NCBI GenBank assembly: GCA_964574995.1
Contig: CAZNPF010000003.1
Span: 2,507 to 66,506, forward strand
Direction of reading: 5' to 3'
Source: an uncultured Pseudomonadales bacterium
Lineage (GTDB): Bacteria; Pseudomonadota; Gammaproteobacteria; Pseudomonadales; JADFDG01
DNA length: 64,000 nucleotides
Positions within the stretch are counted from its first letter, which is position 1, and every line of letters begins with the position of its first letter. The translations under genes and the position numbers were made by a program. Below are positions 1 to 12,158 of this stretch, in pieces. The notes beneath the pieces are model-generated. The model was given only the letters and a program-made list of their open reading frames with translations, did no database searches and had not been told where the DNA came from.

Positions 1-222
1 GCGCGCGCGGCGTTCCAGCAACGCGCTGCGTCGGCCGGTAATGATGGCGACGTCCACGCCGCCGGCACGGAGCAGTTTGATGCCGAGGCCGTCGAGAATA
101 CTGAATGCTTTGAGTTCTTCGCCGTCGTTGCCGTAAAGCAGACTGCCGTCGGTGAGGACGCCGTCGCAATCCAAGACCAGCAGGCGAACAGCACGTGCTT
201 TTTCGAGGATGACTGGATTCAT
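1..222 (-). CDS. kdsC: KDO 8-phosphate phosphatase KdsC, N-terminal part only (gene continues past the left edge)
   Basis: Not in the ORF track because there is no stop in the window. My reverse-strand translation from the ATG at 222-220 reads MNPVILEKARAVRLLVLDCDGVLTDGSLLYGNDGEELKAFSILDGLGIKLLRAGGVDVAIITGRRS, with HAD motif DxDGV. It starts 1 nt after the kdsD stop, matching the kdsD-kdsC pair of enterobacteria. Confidence 0.85.
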   Translation of the reverse strand, partial: MNPVILEKARAVRLLVLDCDGVLTDGSLLYGNDGEELKAFSILDGLGIKLLRAGGVDVAIITGRRSALLERRAR

Positions 223-223
223 G

Positions 224-1198
224 TCAGAACACACCGGCGCGCAGCAGAGTCAGCATATTGAGCACGCCGACCGGTTTGTTCGCATCGTCCACGACGATCA
301 GACCGTTGATTTTTTTCTCTTCCATGATGCGTAAGCATTCCGCAGCAAGAATGCCCGTTTTCACGGTCGTGCAATGTGTATTCATGACGTTGCGAATGGG
401 CGTTTGCTTGAGATCGACAGCGTGATCCAGCGTACGACGTAGATCGCCATCGGTGAACACGCCGAGTAGCGTGCCGGTGGCATCGACGATCGTGGTCATG
501 CCGCGGCCTTTCCGGGTGATTTCGAACAGTGCATCAAACAACATGGCGTCTGGAGACACTTTCGGAATTTCATCGCCTTTGTGCATCACGTCTTCCACCA
601 TCAGCAAAAGACGGCGGCCGAGGCTGCCCCCCGGATGAGAAAGCGCAAAATCTTCAGCGGTGAAACCGCGCGCTTCTAGCAGTGTGACGGCCAGCGCATC
701 ACCCATCGCCAGCGTGGCGGTGGTGGAGGAAGTGGGTGCGAGATTGAGCGGGCAGGCTTCTTGCGCCACGCCGACGTCTAGGTTGGCATCTGCCATGCGC
801 GCCAGCGTGGAATCGGGTTTACCGGTCATGCTGATCAGTGGCGTTTTCATTCGCTTGATCAGCGGCAGGATGGTGAGCACTTCACCGGTTTCGCCGGAAT
901 TCGACAGTGCGATGACCACGTCGCCGGGCGTGATCATGCCGAGATCGCCGTGACTCGCTTCGCCGGGATGCACGAAAAACGCCGGCGTGCCGGTGGATGC
1001 GAGCGTGGCAGCCAATTTGCTACCAATGTGACCGCTTTTGCCCATGCCGGTGACAACCACTCGGCCGCGACATGCCAGCAAGATTTCGCAGGCTTTAGCA
1101 AATCCTTCGCCGATACGTGTTTCCAGCGCGGCCACGGCTTCGGCTTCCATGCGCAGTACACGGCGGGCGGAAGCTTGGAATTCGGTGTTTTTCTGCAT
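224..1198 (-). CDS. kdsD: arabinose-5-phosphate isomerase KdsD (SIS plus tandem CBS domains)
   Basis: ORF 224..1213 is colinear with remembered E. coli KdsD (GMGKSGHIGSKLAATLASTGTPAFFVHPGEASHGDLG, SHPGGSLGRRLL, C-terminal LLRAGV). The track start at 1213 is TTG; the first ATG is at 1198. Confidence 0.93.
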   Translation of the reverse strand: MQKNTEFQASARRVLRMEAEAVAALETRIGEGFAKACEILLACRGRVVVTGMGKSGHIGSKLAATLASTGTPAFFVHPGEASHGDLGMITPGDVVIALSNSGETGEVLTILPLIKRMKTPLISMTGKPDSTLARMADANLDVGVAQEACPLNLAPTSSTTATLAMGDALAVTLLEARGFTAEDFALSHPGGSLGRRLLLMVEDVMHKGDEIPKVSPDAMLFDALFEITRKGRGMTTIVDATGTLLGVFTDGDLRRTLDHAVDLKQTPIRNVMNTHCTTVKTGILAAECLRIMEEKKINGLIVVDDANKPVGVLNMLTLLRAGVF

Positions 1199-1332
1199 GA
1201 TGAATGCGGGCAACGGAGTGACTGAAGGCGGGCGCTAGGATAGCAGAGCGCTCCCGCTCTCGGTGCGCCGGCCGTTTCGGTGTCGGTGGTGTCCCCGGTG
1301 TATAGTTCGGCCTTCGCTTACGAGGTCACGGC

Positions 1333-2178
1333 ATGTCTGGGCACAGCCAGAACGCAACACAGAACGCGCATCACGTCGAAGTCCGCGGGTTAGTCTTTCG
1401 TCGCGGCAAGCGTGCGATCTTCGACGGCGTCGACATCGATATCGTGCGTGGGCGCATCACCGCCATCATGGGCCCTTCCGGCAGCGGCAAAACCACCTTG
1501 CTGAAGTTGATCGGCGGTCAATTACAGCCGGATGCCGGCACAGTAAAAGTCGAAGGCAAAGACCTCGCCGTCATCAACCGCGCCGGTCTTTACGATGTGC
1601 GCCGTCGCATGGGTATGCTGTTCCAGAGCGGGGCTCTGTTCACGGACTTGTCGGTTTACGAAAACGTCGCTTTTCCATTGCGAGCGCACACGCAATTACC
1701 GGAATCGATGATTCGGAATCTGGTGTTGCTCAAACTCAATGCGGTGGGTTTGCGCGGTGCGCGGGATCTCATGCCGCAAGAGCTTTCCGGCGGCATGGCA
1801 CGGCGCGTGGCGCTGGCGCGCGCCATCGCGCTGGACCCGGACATGGTGATGTACGACGAGCCCTTTGCCGGGCAAGACCCGATTGCCATGGGCGTGTTGG
1901 TAAAACTGATCAAATCGTTGAATGAATCTGTGGGCATGACCAGTGTGATCGTGTCACACGATGTGCATGAAACTGCGAACATCGCTGATTACATTTATCT
2001 GATATCAGGCGGCAAGGTGATTGGCCATGGCTCGCCGCAGGAAGTGATGAATTCGAGTTCACCGGAAGTGCGCCAATTCATGCGTGGTGAGCCGGACGGT
2101 CCGGTGCCGTTTCATTTCCCGGCCGATGACTACACGGCCGATTTATTGGCCACGAATAAAAAAGGAGCGCGCACATGA
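1333..2178 (+). CDS. mlaF: phospholipid ABC transporter ATPase MlaF
   Basis: Walker [13 protein letters not shown] signature LSGGMARR, Walker B MVMYDEP. It is the first gene of an mlaFEDCB-ordered operon, divergent from kdsD. Confidence 0.92.
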   Translation: MSGHSQNATQNAHHVEVRGLVFRRGKRAIFDGVDIDIVRGRITAIMGPSGSGKTTLLKLIGGQLQPDAGTVKVEGKDLAVINRAGLYDVRRRMGMLFQSGALFTDLSVYENVAFPLRAHTQLPESMIRNLVLLKLNAVGLRGARDLMPQELSGGMARRVALARAIALDPDMVMYDEPFAGQDPIAMGVLVKLIKSLNESVGMTSVIVSHDVHETANIADYIYLISGGKVIGHGSPQEVMNSSSPEVRQFMRGEPDGPVPFHFPADDYTADLLATNKKGART

Positions 2179-2972
2179 GCGAATCGTGGCCGGTTGCTCG
2201 TTTGCGTACGCTCGGGCGTGATGCGCTGCGCGTCATCGAATCGCTGGGTCGTGCGGGCGTCATGCTATTTCACGCCATTGTGACGATACCCAATGTGCGC
2301 ACCGCGTTGCCGTTGTTGGTCAAGCAGATCTATGCCATCGGCGTGTTGTCGCTGGTGATCATCGTGGTGGCTGGTTTGTTTATCGGCATGGTGTTGGGTT
2401 TGCAGTTGTATCAAGTGCTGGTCGATTTTGGTTCAGAAGCGGCGCTGGGGCAGATCGTCGCGTTGACGCTCAACCGCGAGTTGGGGCCGGTGGTCACTGC
2501 GTTGCTGTTTGCCGGGCGTGCGGGCTCGGCAGTCACGGCTGAAATCGGTTTGATGAAATCCACAGAACAACTTTCCAGTATGGAAATGATCGGCGTCGAT
2601 CCGCTGCGTCGCATCGTGGCCCCCCGGTTCTGGGCGGGTGTCATTTCGATGCCGATACTGGCGATCATCTTCTCGGCAGTCGCCATTTTGGGCGGTTGGT
2701 TGGTGGGTGTGCAGTGGTTGGGTGTTTACGACGGTTCTTACTGGATGTCGATGCAGAACGCGGTGGAATTTCGCGAAGACATCGTCAACGGCATCATCAA
2801 GGGCGGCGTATTTGCGGCACTGTGCACGTGGATCGCGGTTTATCAGGGCTACGACTGTGAGCCGACATCGGAAGGGATCTCGCGCGCCACCACGCGCACC
2901 GTGGTTTATTCGTCTTTGGCGGTCTTGAGCAGCGACTTCCTGCTCACCGCTGTCATGTTCAAGGGGCTATGA
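2175..2972 (+). CDS. mlaE: phospholipid ABC transporter permease MlaE
   Basis: 265-aa polytopic membrane protein. Its ATG overlaps the mlaF stop (ATGA), and position and length fit MlaE/Ttg2B. Confidence 0.9.
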   Translation: MSESWPVARLRTLGRDALRVIESLGRAGVMLFHAIVTIPNVRTALPLLVKQIYAIGVLSLVIIVVAGLFIGMVLGLQLYQVLVDFGSEAALGQIVALTLNRELGPVVTALLFAGRAGSAVTAEIGLMKSTEQLSSMEMIGVDPLRRIVAPRFWAGVISMPILAIIFSAVAILGGWLVGVQWLGVYDGSYWMSMQNAVEFREDIVNGIIKGGVFAALCTWIAVYQGYDCEPTSEGISRATTRTVVYSSLAVLSSDFLLTAVMFKGL

Positions 2973-2973
2973 A

Positions 2974-3441
2974 ATGAAAATCCGTACGCTGGAACTTTCG
3001 GTTGGCGCTTTTCTGTTGGCGGGCTGTTTGGCGTTTGCTTTTCTTGCCATCAAGGTGAGCGGGCTTTCCATCAGTACGCCGGCTGACAGTTATCACGTTT
3101 ACGCGAAATTCGAGAACATTGCTGGGCTCACGGTGCGCGCGAAGGTGACGATCGGCGGCGTGCTGATTGGGCAAGTGACGGCCATCGAGTTGGATCCGGA
3201 TAGTTATCAAGCGCGGGTCGAACTGACCCTGCATGGCAACGTGAAAAATCTGCCGACGGATACCACGGCGGCCATCCTGACCTCTGGCCTGCTGGGCGAG
3301 AAGTACATCGGGCTGAGTCCGGGTGCCGACGAGGAATATCTGGTGGAAGGCAGCACCATCCGCGATACGCAATCGGCCTTGGTGCTGGAGAACCTAATCG
3401 GGAAGTTCCTGTCCAATAAACTGGATGAACCCGCGCATTGA
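2974..3441 (+). CDS. mlaD: MCE-domain periplasmic component MlaD
   Basis: N-terminal membrane anchor (LELSVGAFLLAGCLAFAFLAI) followed by an MCE-like beta domain (VYAKFENIAGLTVRAKVTIGGVLIGQV). It starts 1 nt after mlaE. Confidence 0.9.
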   Translation: MKIRTLELSVGAFLLAGCLAFAFLAIKVSGLSISTPADSYHVYAKFENIAGLTVRAKVTIGGVLIGQVTAIELDPDSYQARVELTLHGNVKNLPTDTTAAILTSGLLGEKYIGLSPGADEEYLVEGSTIRDTQSALVLENLIGKFLSNKLDEPAH

Positions 3442-3494
3442 GCGGGGCATTCTTCCGCCGGCTCCTTCGGCTTTCGATTTTCGAGGTAAACACG

Positions 3495-4157
3495 ATGTCC
3501 CGTTTGTTGTGTGTGCTGCGTGCGCTGCTGCTCCCTTTGTTGCTGCTGCCGGCTGGTTTGGCGGTAGCCGCCAGTGATTTGCCGGCACCTCACCAGGTCA
3601 TCGAGAAAGCCACCAGTGACTTGTTGGCGCGCATCACCAGCGAGCGGCCAAAGTTCAAACAGAATCCGGAATACCTGTACACGCTGATCGACCAGAATCT
3701 GGCGCCGTACGTGGACTTCGACCGCATTGCTCGTCGGGTGATGGCCAAGTACTACGCACAAGCCACCGCCGATCAGCGGGCGCGTTTCGGCAAGGCATTT
3801 CGCGACAGCCTGATCCGCGCTTACGGCGCCGCGTTGGCTGACTACAACGATCAGAAAGTTTCCGTGCTCAAGCCGGGCAAAGGTGACGTCGAGCCCGCGC
3901 GTGCCAGCGTCAACATGGACATCACCCTGCGTGATGGCGGTGTTTATCGTGTGCAATACCAAATGTTTTTGGATGCATCCGGTGCTTGGAAATTGGAAAA
4001 CTTGATTCTGGAAGGCATCAATTTAGGTCTGACCTACCGCAATAATTTTGCGGAAATGTACGGGCAGTACGGCGGCAATATCGATCAGGTGATCGCTAAC
4101 TGGTCTTCGCGTGTCGCCGCCGAGAAGAAAAAATCGTCCAGTGGGAAGCGCAGCTGA
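3495..4157 (+). CDS. mlaC: periplasmic phospholipid-binding protein MlaC (Ttg2D family)
   Basis: ORF 3438..4157. An internal ATG at 3495 is preceded by GAGGT and opens a signal peptide (MSRLLCVLRALLLPLLLLPAGLAVAAS). Position in the mla operon supports the call. Confidence 0.85.
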   Translation: MSRLLCVLRALLLPLLLLPAGLAVAASDLPAPHQVIEKATSDLLARITSERPKFKQNPEYLYTLIDQNLAPYVDFDRIARRVMAKYYAQATADQRARFGKAFRDSLIRAYGAALADYNDQKVSVLKPGKGDVEPARASVNMDITLRDGGVYRVQYQMFLDASGAWKLENLILEGINLGLTYRNNFAEMYGQYGGNIDQVIANWSSRVAAEKKKSSSGKRS

Positions 4158-4459
4158 TGGCGATCGTGCGTCCGTTGGCTGACGGCAGCATCGCGGTCGA
4201 GGGCGATTTGTTGTTTGACGACGCAGTGGCTGTAGCTGCCGCAGGCCGAGCGTTGGTGCTTGCTGCGCCGGGCTCGAGGGTTCAGGTCTCGCTGGCCGGA
4301 TTGGGCCGCATCAACAGCGTGAGTGCGGTGGTTCTGCTGGCGTGGCTGCAGGCGGCGCGGAATGCCGGCAAGCAGTTGCAAGTGGTCGATGTGCCGCCGC
4401 AATTGGCAGGTATTTTGCGGGTATCCGGGGTGGATGAGGTGCTGGCGGGGCCCGGCTGA
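4157..4459 (+). CDS. mlaB: STAS-domain protein MlaB
   Basis: 100-aa protein whose ATG overlaps the mlaC stop (TGATG). Size and last position in the mla operon fit; STAS-like sequence QVSLAGLGRINSVSAVVLLAWL. Confidence 0.8.
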   Translation: MAIVRPLADGSIAVEGDLLFDDAVAVAAAGRALVLAAPGSRVQVSLAGLGRINSVSAVVLLAWLQAARNAGKQLQVVDVPPQLAGILRVSGVDEVLAGPG

Positions 4460-4531
4460 GGCCCCCTTTGCCGTATCATTCGCGCTCCGGCCGGCTACCC
4501 GGCTTCCCTGTTTTTGGAGCGCTTTCATCTC

Positions 4532-4786
4532 ATGTCTCCCGAGCAAATCCAGACCCTGCTTGTGCAGGGTATCGCTGGTGCCACCGTCACGGTTGAAGGC
4601 GCCGATGGCCGCCATTACTCGGCAACCATCGTCAGCGAGCAGTTCGCCGGACTTTCGCCCGTCAAACGTCAGCAGCGGGTTTACACGGTCATCGGTGACT
4701 TAGTGACTCGCGATGTCATCCATGCCATCAGTTTGCAGACTTACACGCCGGCTGAATGGGAAAAGAAACGACATTCGGGTTTTTGA
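4532..4786 (+). CDS. ibaG: BolA-family protein IbaG/YrbA
   Basis: About 84-aa protein with a BolA-like core (HYSATIVSEQFAGLSPVKRQQRVY, IHAISLQTYTPAEW), lying between mlaB and murA as in E. coli. The first ATG at 4532 lies downstream of GGAG. Confidence 0.85.
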   Translation: MSPEQIQTLLVQGIAGATVTVEGADGRHYSATIVSEQFAGLSPVKRQQRVYTVIGDLVTRDVIHAISLQTYTPAEWEKKRHSGF

Positions 4787-6145
<1,359 letters not shown>

Positions 6146-6166
6146 GGATTGAGCGGGAGAACGTCC

Positions 6167-6820
6167 ATGTCCACGACGCCCACACCGATAATTCTGGCCT
6201 TGTCCAAAGGGCGCATCCTCGAAGATACGCTGCCGCTTTTGGCGCGTTGCGGTATCCGCCTCACGGACGATCCCGCCAAAAGTCGCAAATTGGTGTTCGA
6301 TACAACGGAGCCGGGTTTGCGCGTGATCGTCATTCGCGCAACCGATGTGCCGGTATTTGTCGGTAACGGCGCTGCTGATATCGGTGTTGCCGGCAAAGAT
6401 GTGCTGATGGAGCACGGTGCGGCGGGCGTGTATGAGCCGCTGGATTTGGGTATTGCGCGTTGCCGCTTGATGGTGGCGGCAAAAACGGATGCGCCGCCGG
6501 TCAATGGCCGTCTGCGTGTGGCGACTAAATTCGTCAATCTCACCCGCGATTACTACGCAGCAAAAGGTGAGCAAATCGATGTCATCAAGCTGTATGGTTC
6601 GATGGAACTCGCGCCCATTCTTGGTATGGCCGATCGTATCGTCGATATCGTCGATACGGGGAAAACCTTGCGTGCCAACGGATTGGAACCGGTTGAATTG
6701 ATTGCCGCCGTGAGCGCGCGGCTGATCGTCAATAAGGGCAGCTTCAAAATGAAGCATGCACAGGTGACGGCGCTGGTTGAGAAATTGCGCGTTGCCTGCG
6801 CTGCCGGAGCGCCTGCATGA
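6167..6820 (+). CDS. hisG: ATP phosphoribosyltransferase, short form
   Basis: ORF 6149..6820 starts with TTG. The ATG at 6167 is preceded by GGGAGA. The ~217-aa length indicates the HisZ-dependent short form ([32 protein letters not shown]). Confidence 0.92.
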   Translation: MSTTPTPIILALSKGRILEDTLPLLARCGIRLTDDPAKSRKLVFDTTEPGLRVIVIRATDVPVFVGNGAADIGVAGKDVLMEHGAAGVYEPLDLGIARCRLMVAAKTDAPPVNGRLRVATKFVNLTRDYYAAKGEQIDVIKLYGSMELAPILGMADRIVDIVDTGKTLRANGLEPVELIAAVSARLIVNKGSFKMKHAQVTALVEKLRVACAAGAPA

Positions 6821-8124
6821 GTGGCCTGCGTATTCGCCGGTTGATAACGGGCGATGCAAATTTTGTTGCGGCGCTGGAGCAGGCAACAGCCTGGAATGAG
6901 GCACGTAACGAAGAAGTGGAGCGCTCGGTCGCCGCCATCGTTGCGGACGTTCGTGCGCGTGGCGATGAAGCCGTTATTGAATACACCAACCGCTTCGATA
7001 AACGCACCGTTTCATCGTTGGCGGCGCTGGAGATTTCACGCGCAGAACTGCAAGCCGCCACGGCACGAGTACCCGCAACGGCGTTGACTGCCCTGCGTGC
7101 GGCGGCGGCCCGTATCCGTCATTTTCACGAAAAGCAGCAAGCTTCTGGCTGGGAATATACGGACGCGTTAGGTAATCGTCTGGGGCAACGCATCACACCG
7201 CTGGATCGCGTTGGGCTTTACGTGCCCGGCGGCAAGGCGTCGTATCCCTCGTCGGTTTTGATGAATGCTATTCCCGCTAAAGTGGCGGGCGTGCCGGAAG
7301 TGATCATGGTGGTGCCGGCACCGAATGGCGATATCAATGATCTGGTGCTGGCAGCCGCGCAAGAAGCGGGTGTTGATCGTGTGTTTACGGTAGGCGGCGC
7401 GCAGGCTGTTGCGGCACTCGCGTACGGTACGCAGAGTTTGCCTGCGGTCGACAAGATCGTCGGCCCCGGCAATATCTATGTGGCCACCGCCAAAAAACAG
7501 GTTTTCGGAAAAGTCGGCATCGACATGATTGCCGGCCCTTCCGAGATACTGGTCATCTGTGATGGCAGTACGGATCCAGAATGGATCGCGCTGGATTTAT
7601 TTTCGCAGGCTGAGCACGACGAAAACGCGCAAGCCATTCTGATTAGCGATAACGCAGCATTTCTTGATGCGGTGCAGGCGGCGATGGAAAGAATCCTGCC
7701 GACGTTGCCGCGTGCGGCGGTGATTCGCGCCTCTATCGAAGGACGCGGATTTTTCGTGCTAGCAAAAGATTTGGCAGATTGCTGCGCGGTGTCCAATCGT
7801 GTTGCGCCGGAGCACCTTGAGTTGTCGGTGGCTGATCCAGATGCGTTGTTGCCCCTGCTGCGGCATGCGGGTGCCATATTCATGGGTCGTCATACGCCAG
7901 AAGCGATGGGCGATTATTGTGCAGGGCCTAATCATGTGCTGCCGACTGGCGGCACTGCGCGTTTTTCTTCGCCACTGGGCGTTTACGATTTTCAAAAGCG
8001 TAGCTCGCTGATTTTCTGTTCGCCGGAAGGTGCAGATGAGCTCGGACGTATCGCCGATGCGCTGGCGCAGTGTGAAGGTTTAGATGCTCATGCGCGCTCT
8101 GCGGCAAAGCGGACACGGAGCTGA
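6817..8124 (+). CDS. hisD: histidinol dehydrogenase HisD
   Basis: 435 aa overlapping the hisG stop by 4 nt. Conserved blocks [27 protein letters not shown] and FSQAEHDE. Confidence 0.95.
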   Translation: MSGLRIRRLITGDANFVAALEQATAWNEARNEEVERSVAAIVADVRARGDEAVIEYTNRFDKRTVSSLAALEISRAELQAATARVPATALTALRAAAARIRHFHEKQQASGWEYTDALGNRLGQRITPLDRVGLYVPGGKASYPSSVLMNAIPAKVAGVPEVIMVVPAPNGDINDLVLAAAQEAGVDRVFTVGGAQAVAALAYGTQSLPAVDKIVGPGNIYVATAKKQVFGKVGIDMIAGPSEILVICDGSTDPEWIALDLFSQAEHDENAQAILISDNAAFLDAVQAAMERILPTLPRAAVIRASIEGRGFFVLAKDLADCCAVSNRVAPEHLELSVADPDALLPLLRHAGAIFMGRHTPEAMGDYCAGPNHVLPTGGTARFSSPLGVYDFQKRSSLIFCSPEGADELGRIADALAQCEGLDAHARSAAKRTRS

Positions 8125-8129
8125 CCGTC

Positions 8130-9188
8130 ATGTCGAAATTCTGGAGTGATTTCGTTCATGCGCTGGTGCCTTATGTGCCGGGCGAACAACCAAAAATTAC
8201 CAATTTGGTGAAACTCAACACCAACGAAAACCCGTACGCGCCATCGCCCAAAGCGATTGCCGCAATGAAGGCAGAGCTCGGCGACAATCTGCGCCGTTAT
8301 CCCGACCCGACATCGGCTTTGTTGGTGGATGCCGTTGCCGCGTATTACGCCGTGCCACGCGAATATGTTTTCGTTGGCAACGGCTCGGACGAAGTGCTGG
8401 GTCATGCGTTCTATGGCTTGCTGAAACATGCCAAGCCCATTTTGTTTCCGGACATCACCTACAGTTTCTATCCGGTGTATTGCGGCCTTTATGGCATTAG
8501 CCATGAGGCGATTCCGCTGGACGCGCAGTTCCGTGTGCGCATTGCCGACTATGCGCGGCCGAATGGCGGAATCGTGATTCCGAATCCCAATGCGCCGACG
8601 GGTGTTGCTCTTGCGCGTGCAGACATCGAAACCTTGGTGATCAACAATCCTGATTCCGTGGTGGTGGTCGACGAGGCCTACATCGATTTTGGTGGCGAGA
8701 GCGCGGTGCCACTGGTCCAGAAGTATCCCAATCTGTTGGTGGTACAGACGTTGTCGAAATCGCGATCGTTAGCTGGGCTGCGCGTGGGTTTTGCCATCGG
8801 CCAGCCGGCGCTCATCGAGGCGTTGGTGCGCGTCAAAGACAGTTTCAATTCCTATCCGTTGGACCGGATGGCGATTGCAGGTGCTGCTGCCGCCATGGCA
8901 GATCGCTCGTATTTCGAGGAGACCCGGCAAGCGGTGATGGCCAACCGCGAAACGTTGGTGAGAGAACTGGTTGCGTTGGGCTTCGACGTGTTGCCGTCAG
9001 CGGCCAACTTTGTGTTTGCCCGTCATCCGCAGCGTGATGGCGCACAGCTGGCACAAGCCTTACGAGAAAAAGCTGTGCTGGTCCGCCATTTCCGTAAGCC
9101 GGAACGTATTGCGCCGTTTTTGCGCATCACCATCGGTTTGCCAGAAGAAAACGCAGCGCTGGTTGCTGCGCTGCGTGACATCCTCTGA
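8130..9188 (+). CDS. hisC: histidinol-phosphate aminotransferase HisC
   Basis: 352-aa class-II aminotransferase with LNTNENPY near the N-terminus and the PLP-lysine block [15 protein letters not shown]. Follows hisD. Confidence 0.92.
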   Translation: MSKFWSDFVHALVPYVPGEQPKITNLVKLNTNENPYAPSPKAIAAMKAELGDNLRRYPDPTSALLVDAVAAYYAVPREYVFVGNGSDEVLGHAFYGLLKHAKPILFPDITYSFYPVYCGLYGISHEAIPLDAQFRVRIADYARPNGGIVIPNPNAPTGVALARADIETLVINNPDSVVVVDEAYIDFGGESAVPLVQKYPNLLVVQTLSKSRSLAGLRVGFAIGQPALIEALVRVKDSFNSYPLDRMAIAGAAAAMADRSYFEETRQAVMANRETLVRELVALGFDVLPSAANFVFARHPQRDGAQLAQALREKAVLVRHFRKPERIAPFLRITIGLPEENAALVAALRDIL

Positions 9189-9199
9189 AACCATCGCGC

Positions 9200-10390
9200 T
9201 CAGTCGCGCGTGGGTGAGCCATTGGCGGGCCGTTCACCCACCGCTGCGCTGATCGTCACGCGCTTATTGTTTTTGCGTAGCACCGACAACTGAACTTTTG
9301 TGCCGGGGTCGCGGGCCGCAACACCTGCGATGAGCGCGCGCGGTGAAAGAATAGATTTGTCGTCCAGTGCGGTAATGACATCGCCAGGAAGAATGCCGGC
9401 TTTATGCGCGGGACCATTGCGAATCAGCCCAGTCACGATCACGCCTTGTGTATCGACGGGCAAGCCTAATGCTTGCGCCAATTGCGGCGTCAGCATTTGC
9501 GGTTCCAGTCCTAACCAGCCACGCACGACTTTTCCGTGCGTGAGTATGTCGTCCATGACTTCACGCACGATGCGTGTCGGAATGGCAAACCCGATGCCTT
9601 GATAGCCACCGCTTTGCGAATAGATCACGCTGTTGATGCCCACCAGTTTTCCGTGCGCGTCTACCAGCGCACCGCCGGAATTGCCTGGGTTGATGGCGGC
9701 GTCGGTCTGAATGAAATCCTCGAACGTGTTGACACCCAATTCGCTGCGGCCCGTCGCACTGACGATGCCCATCGTCACGGTTTGACCCACGCCAAAGGGA
9801 TTGCCGATTGCTAATACCACATCGCCGATTTGCAACGTGGACGAATCTCGCATGGCAATCACGGGCACGTCGGTCAATTGCATACGCAACACAGCAAGAT
9901 CGGTATCCGGGTCACTGCCGACGATGATGGCGCGTGATTCGCGCCCGTCACGCAGCGCAATCACGATCTCGTCGGCACCTTCCACGACGTGACGATTGGT
10001 CATCACGAAACCGCGATCACTGACGATGACGCCAGAGCCCAAACTGTTCTCCATGCGCTTTTGCGTGGGGATCTGATCGATACCGAAAAAACGGCGGAAG
10101 CGTGGATCGTTGAATAAAGGATTGACCGGTGTCTCGACGGTTTTACTGGTGTAAATATTGACGACGGCGGGCGCTGCTAGGCGCACAGCATCGGCGTAAG
10201 ACGTAGGACCACTCGCGGGGCTGATGGGTGCGGGTGCCGGCGCGGCGGCGGGCGCTGCCGGCGCACTGTCTGCCACGGGCTCCGGCGGCGCGGGCGCAGG
10301 TTCAGGTGCGCGCAAGTACAGAATGATCGCCAGTGCGGCCGCCAAACCGGCGATGACAGGCCAGAGCAGAAAACGCAGGATGTGTTTCAT
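9200..10390 (-). CDS. degS: membrane-anchored DegS/AlgW-type serine endoprotease (trypsin domain plus one PDZ)
   Basis: ORF 9200..10591. The internal ATG at 10390 gives an N-terminal anchor (MKHILRFLLWPVIAGLAAALAIILYL). Catalytic triad context TNRHVV / DLAVL / GNSGGAL, with a single C-terminal PDZ. Confidence 0.88.
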   Translation of the reverse strand: MKHILRFLLWPVIAGLAAALAIILYLRAPEPAPAPPEPVADSAPAAPAAAPAPAPISPASGPTSYADAVRLAAPAVVNIYTSKTVETPVNPLFNDPRFRRFFGIDQIPTQKRMENSLGSGVIVSDRGFVMTNRHVVEGADEIVIALRDGRESRAIIVGSDPDTDLAVLRMQLTDVPVIAMRDSSTLQIGDVVLAIGNPFGVGQTVTMGIVSATGRSELGVNTFEDFIQTDAAINPGNSGGALVDAHGKLVGINSVIYSQSGGYQGIGFAIPTRIVREVMDDILTHGKVVRGWLGLEPQMLTPQLAQALGLPVDTQGVIVTGLIRNGPAHKAGILPGDVITALDDKSILSPRALIAGVAARDPGTKVQLSVLRKNNKRVTISAAVGERPANGSPTRD

Positions 10391-10521
10391 CGAATGTGTA
10401 CCGGCAAAAAAGATGTGGCACGACGACATGGCAGGACACGAATCGCAAGGGTAACGTATCTGGCCAGCCCTACTGTCATGCAAACGCTCGAGCGGCCGGA
10501 GCACTCTGTCGCAGGAATCCC

Positions 10522-11301
10522 ATGAAACCGACCACGTTACCCGGCGTTGAGCGCCGCACCGTACTGACGGCTCTTGATGACCTGCTGTCACCGCAATCGT
10601 TCAATGATTACTGCCCGAATGGATTGCAGGTGGAAGGGCGTCCGGTCATTCAGCGTTTGGTCACGGGTGTGACGGCGTGCCAGGCGTTACTGGATGCAGC
10701 GGTGGAAGCGCGTGCGGATGCGGTACTGGTGCATCACGGTTATTTCTGGAAAAACGAAGACACGCGCATTACCGGCATGAAGAAACGCCGGTTAGCAACG
10801 TTGCTGGCGCATGACATCAATCTGCTGGCTTATCACTTGCCGCTGGATGCGCATCCAGAATTAGGCAACAACGCGCAGTTAGCGCGACGCTTAGGTTTGG
10901 TGCAAACCGGCGCGTTGGACCCACGCGAAAAGCGGCCCGTGGGCAACACGGGTGAATTGGCGGCGCCAGAAACGGCCGGGCGTTTTGCGGCGCGCGTGAG
11001 CAGTTTGTTGGGGCGAGACGTTTTTCACATCGGCGACCCTTCGGTACTGGTTCGCAGCGTGGGTTGGTGCACGGGCGCAGCGCAGGGTTACATCGAGCAA
11101 GCGGTGAGTGCAGGTGTCGATCTCTATCTCACCGGCGAAGTCTCGGAGCAGACCGTGCATGTGGCGCGTGAAACCGGCATCCAGTTTTTGGCCTGCGGTC
11201 ATCACGCCACCGAGCGTTACGGAGTGCAAGCGGTGGGTGATTGGCTGGCATCACGCTTTGGTATTGAGCATCGTTACATCGATATTCCCAATCCGGTGTG
11301 A
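10522..11301 (+). CDS. Nif3-family dinuclear metal-centre protein (GTP cyclohydrolase 1 type 2 homologue, YbgI-like)
   Basis: ORF 10396..11301. The ATG at 10522 is preceded by AGGAA. NIF3 hallmarks: NGLQVEG, VLVHHGYFW, AYHLPLDAH, ACGHHATERYG. Confidence 0.88.
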   Translation: MKPTTLPGVERRTVLTALDDLLSPQSFNDYCPNGLQVEGRPVIQRLVTGVTACQALLDAAVEARADAVLVHHGYFWKNEDTRITGMKKRRLATLLAHDINLLAYHLPLDAHPELGNNAQLARRLGLVQTGALDPREKRPVGNTGELAAPETAGRFAARVSSLLGRDVFHIGDPSVLVRSVGWCTGAAQGYIEQAVSAGVDLYLTGEVSEQTVHVARETGIQFLACGHHATERYGVQAVGDWLASRFGIEHRYIDIPNPV

Positions 11302-11306
11302 ATCGG

Positions 11307-11348
11307 CCGCAATAAAAAACGCGCCAGAAGGCGCGTTTTTTATTGCGG
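11307..11348. terminator. bidirectional rho-independent terminator between convergent nif3 and the response regulator
   Basis: Perfect 19-bp stem CCGCAATAAAAAACGCGCC / GGCGCGTTTTTTATTGCGG with a 4-nt loop AGAA. A/T runs on both sides allow it to work on either strand. Confidence 0.85.
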
Positions 11349-11363
11349 GAAGCAATCCTTAGG

Positions 11364-12053
11364 TTAAGCAGACACAATGCGAATCGGTGCCGCAAAAACA
11401 TAACCTTGAGTGCGGGCCGAACGCAGGGGCGATTCGCCATCGTCATCTTGCAGTTTTTTGCGTAGCCGGCTGATGGCGGCTTCGATGCGGCGCTCATCAA
11501 ATTGCAGGTAATCGTGGCCCAGGGCTTCTACCAGCACGCGACGGCTCGCTACGTCCGGTGCTGCTTGTGCCAGTTGGAACATCAACAGGTATTCGGTATT
11601 AGTCAGTGGAGCTTGCATACCGCGCGGCGAAATAACTTCGCGGCGGGTGGTATCCAGTTGCCAAGTGCCTTCGATGGCAACGCGAGGCGCAAGCCGGCGG
11701 CTGACGCTTTCCACGACTGCGATGAGTTCGCGCAGATCCACCGGTTTGACGAGGTAAGCATCGGCACCGAGCGAAAGCCCTTGCAGTTTGTCATCGATCA
11801 ATCCACGCGCCGTCAGCATGACGATGCCGATACCGACGTGATCGCGTCTCATGCGTGTCGCGATTGAAAAGCCGTCCTCACCAGGCAGGCCGATATCGAG
11901 CACCACCACATCCGGCCGCGGACCGACGGCCAGTGCTGCATCCAGCTCTCGCGCATCGCCGGCACCGCTGGGTTCATGCCCACCGCGCTGCAGATGGAAA
12001 ATGATTTCTTCGCGGAGATCTTTGTTGTCTTCAACGACGATGACGCGGCTCAA
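11364..12053 (-). CDS. OmpR/PhoB-family response regulator (receiver plus winged-helix)
   Basis: ORF 11364..12122 with a GTG start. Receiver VIVVEDN...VVVLDIGLPGEDG...LTAR...KP, and a C-terminal winged helix (LTNTEYLLMFQL...GYVF). The first 23 residues of the maximal ORF are hydrophobic and atypical. A TTG at 12053 would give MSRVIVVEDN, so the start is uncertain. Confidence 0.85.
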   Translation of the reverse strand: MSRVIVVEDNKDLREEIIFHLQRGGHEPSGAGDARELDAALAVGPRPDVVVLDIGLPGEDGFSIATRMRRDHVGIGIVMLTARGLIDDKLQGLSLGADAYLVKPVDLRELIAVVESVSRRLAPRVAIEGTWQLDTTRREVISPRGMQAPLTNTEYLLMFQLAQAAPDVASRRVLVEALGHDYLQFDERRIEAAISRLRKKLQDDDGESPLRSARTQGYVFAAPIRIVSA

Positions 12054-12158
12054 GTTTTGGGTCTGCCATGAAAAGTGAGAGAGAAGGAGCGCGTAAGGCA
12101 GCCCCAAGACTACGGTGTTCACCGGGCATCTGAGAAGCCGGGGCGGCCAACGGCGCTT

